From positions 193,651 to 257,650 of the forward strand of contig JALMLS010000538.1 of assembly GCA_038496445.1 (NCBI GenBank): 64,000 nt of DNA. Reading direction: 5' to 3'. Made by a program: the position numbers and the translations under genes. Shown here one piece after another: positions 62,098-64,000 of the stretch (position 1 is the stretch's first letter; each line of letters starts with the position of its first letter). The stretch is from Trichosphaerium sp. ATCC 40318. Taxonomy: Eukaryota; Protista; Tubulinea. Below the pieces are notes generated by a model. It was not told where the DNA came from. It saw only the letters and a program-made list of their open reading frames with translations, and ran no database searches.

Positions 62098-64000
62098 ATG
62101 GCAACGTATCACGTAGTTCTGTTTGTATTAGTCATACTACACTCCTACGTACAAGCTGGGGTGCTAATCGACGACTTTAGTCTCAATAGAGATGTCTCAA
62201 TTAGCCGTCTATTAAACTTCTCGCAAGTTGTCGATACGCCATCGGACCACTCGTCTTTTATTGGTAATCAACGAACTATCTCCATGTCAAAGAAAGAAGG
62301 CTCATTAGGCGGTTCAATATCAATTGTTTTGGGCTATTTAGCTTTTTCTAACGATGTCCGCACCCAAGCAATTGTAGACATCGACTACAGAGATATTTCA
62401 GGTGATATAACACCATCGTTAGACTTTACAGAAAATGGAGCCGGTGCGTGGTTGCTCTTAGCGAAAAACTAAAAAATTACAGATTGACGCAAGATTTTAT
62501 TTTCGCGGTCACGTGATTTTTTTTTTCACAGTTTTTTTTTATTTTCAACACACGTGTTTTGACTTGAACTTTAATTTTATTTATTTTTCCCTTTTGTAGA
62601 TTGTTTCTTGGTTGATGTTCTTGCTTCTGATCAACTACACACTATTTCATTTATTGCAGATACACCAGAAGGACCACAAACATCAGAATTCTCATTTAGT
62701 TTCGGAGTGGAACCACCAGGAACAAGATTGTGCTTACCTTACGGAGGTAATTAGTGCCTTCTATTTTTTGATTAGTGGCTTATCCAAAACGATGTTGTAG
62801 GTGATTTACAAGCGTATGATGAAGTGACTTCTTTACATTTTAGTGATGAAGCAGACAGCAATGGTGTAGATGCTCTTTATGGATTTTTCTGTGTTGCTCC
62901 TTCAGTCAGTTGTTGGCATGAAATTTCTCCAAACGGATCTGAACCTATACTTGCCGGTGCGTGATAAGAACAAGTAAGGATTGTACAACACTTACAAAAG
63001 AGTTATAGGAGATACACTATCCGTGACTGTACACTGCGAGAACTTTGTTTCGCTTCCTCCAATGAACCAACCCCTAGATATCTCCGTTGAGTTTCCACCT
63101 GAAATTGGTACTATGGATCCTTCTACGTTCACGTGCTCCACGCCCGTAAGATTATAGTGCTACCATATACACTATTTAACGCAATTATTTGTAGGACGTA
63201 CCTACAATCACAGCAACGCCACAACGGTTTCTCGTGTCGACAGACTTGCTAGACAACACAACAATAACTTGCTCTTTCGATATTGATCTCATTGCCGCAG
63301 GCACTGTTGAGGGGTTTGCCGCTCGAGTCCTTAACACAAGATCGGGTTCTGTATCATTCTCAAACACTGGAGGTAACAGGTAATGAATTATAACTCTTAA
63401 ATTTGGAAAAAAAATTGACCAACTAATTAGAGCTGACTCAGTGGCCTTCTGCACTTTGGGTAACTTAACAAGTACCATTGTAGTACAACCTCCTCCACCA
63501 ACACCTCCAACAACTCAAGCTCCAACAGTACCAGCACCACCGACAACACAAGCTCCAACTACAACAGCTCCAACCACTGCGGCACCTACCACTGCAATGC
63601 CCACTGCTCCTCCTACCGAACCACCAACCACAACCCCACCAACTACAGAGGCGCCTGTAGTGCCTACTGCACCTGTTACGCCTACTACAAACCCGCCAAC
63701 CACAGAACCACCTACTACCGAGGCTCCTACTGAACCTCCAACGACACAACCTCCACCAACACTACCACCTACGACAAATCCTCCAACTACTCTTCCACCT
63801 ACGACATTACCACCAACAACACTGTCGCCTACAACAAATCCTCCTACTACTCTCCCTCCTACGACTTTGCCTCCTACGACGCTTCCACCAACAACACTGT
63901 CACCTACAACTCTACCTCCGACAACTCAAATACCAACGACCTTACCTCCAACTACAAGTCCACCAACAACTGAACCTCCAACGACTCAACCTCCAACTAC
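62098..64000 (+). CDS. Secreted mucin-like surface protein ('IDDF' N-terminal domain, Ig-like domain, long Pro/Thr stalk); runs off the window end; paralog of the gene at 34486
   Basis: Signal MATYHVVLFVLVILHSYVQA, then LIDDF...SFIGNQRTI...GYLAFS; similar exon layout to the gene at 34486. Confidence 0.7.
63480..64000 (+). repeat. Coding Pro/Thr repeat (PPTTx)n
   Basis: Many 15-bp units encoding PTTxP. Confidence 0.9.

Noticed and set aside
1-64000. CRISPR arrays, tRNA, rRNA, transposase or reverse-transcriptase genes
   Set aside because: None recognisable by eye; the tandem repeats are coding. tRNAscan/Infernal were not run, so small RNAs could be missed.

Overview
AT-rich (about 35% GC, estimated by eye), gene-dense, intron-rich nuclear DNA of a unicellular eukaryote, most plausibly an amoebozoan. 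That assignment is inferred from 40-130 nt introns with GTACG/GTGCG/GTAAG donors, a Frizzled/Smoothened-like receptor, a Zn2Cys6 factor and Pro/Thr-rich surface proteins. Most ORF-track entries are exon fragments or antisense shadows. By hand I assembled about 30 genes. These include a Fsl-type GPCR, a Dispatched-like RND protein, an H2B/H2B/H2A histone cluster, a Nup43-like WD40 protein, an M1 aminopeptidase, Aurora kinase, two selenocysteine glutathione peroxidases with SECIS elements, an AMT1/MTA1-type DNA 6mA methyltransferase, three F-box repeat proteins and several secreted proteins. Best leads: (1) one spliced ORF encodes a membrane-anchored Reeler ectodomain, then an internal signal peptide whose cleavage would expose the N-terminal His of an LPMO-like His-brace domain, making it a candidate polyprotein; (2) a hidden 3-exon antisense gene lies inside the long intron of AMT1; (3) histone 3' stem-loops with compensatory changes sit next to an SPKK-bearing H2B variant that has a poly(A) signal instead; (4) GC-AG introns recur, CACGTG is strongly enriched, and two MITE/foldback elements are present. 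Exon boundaries were derived manually and some gene ends are approximate.
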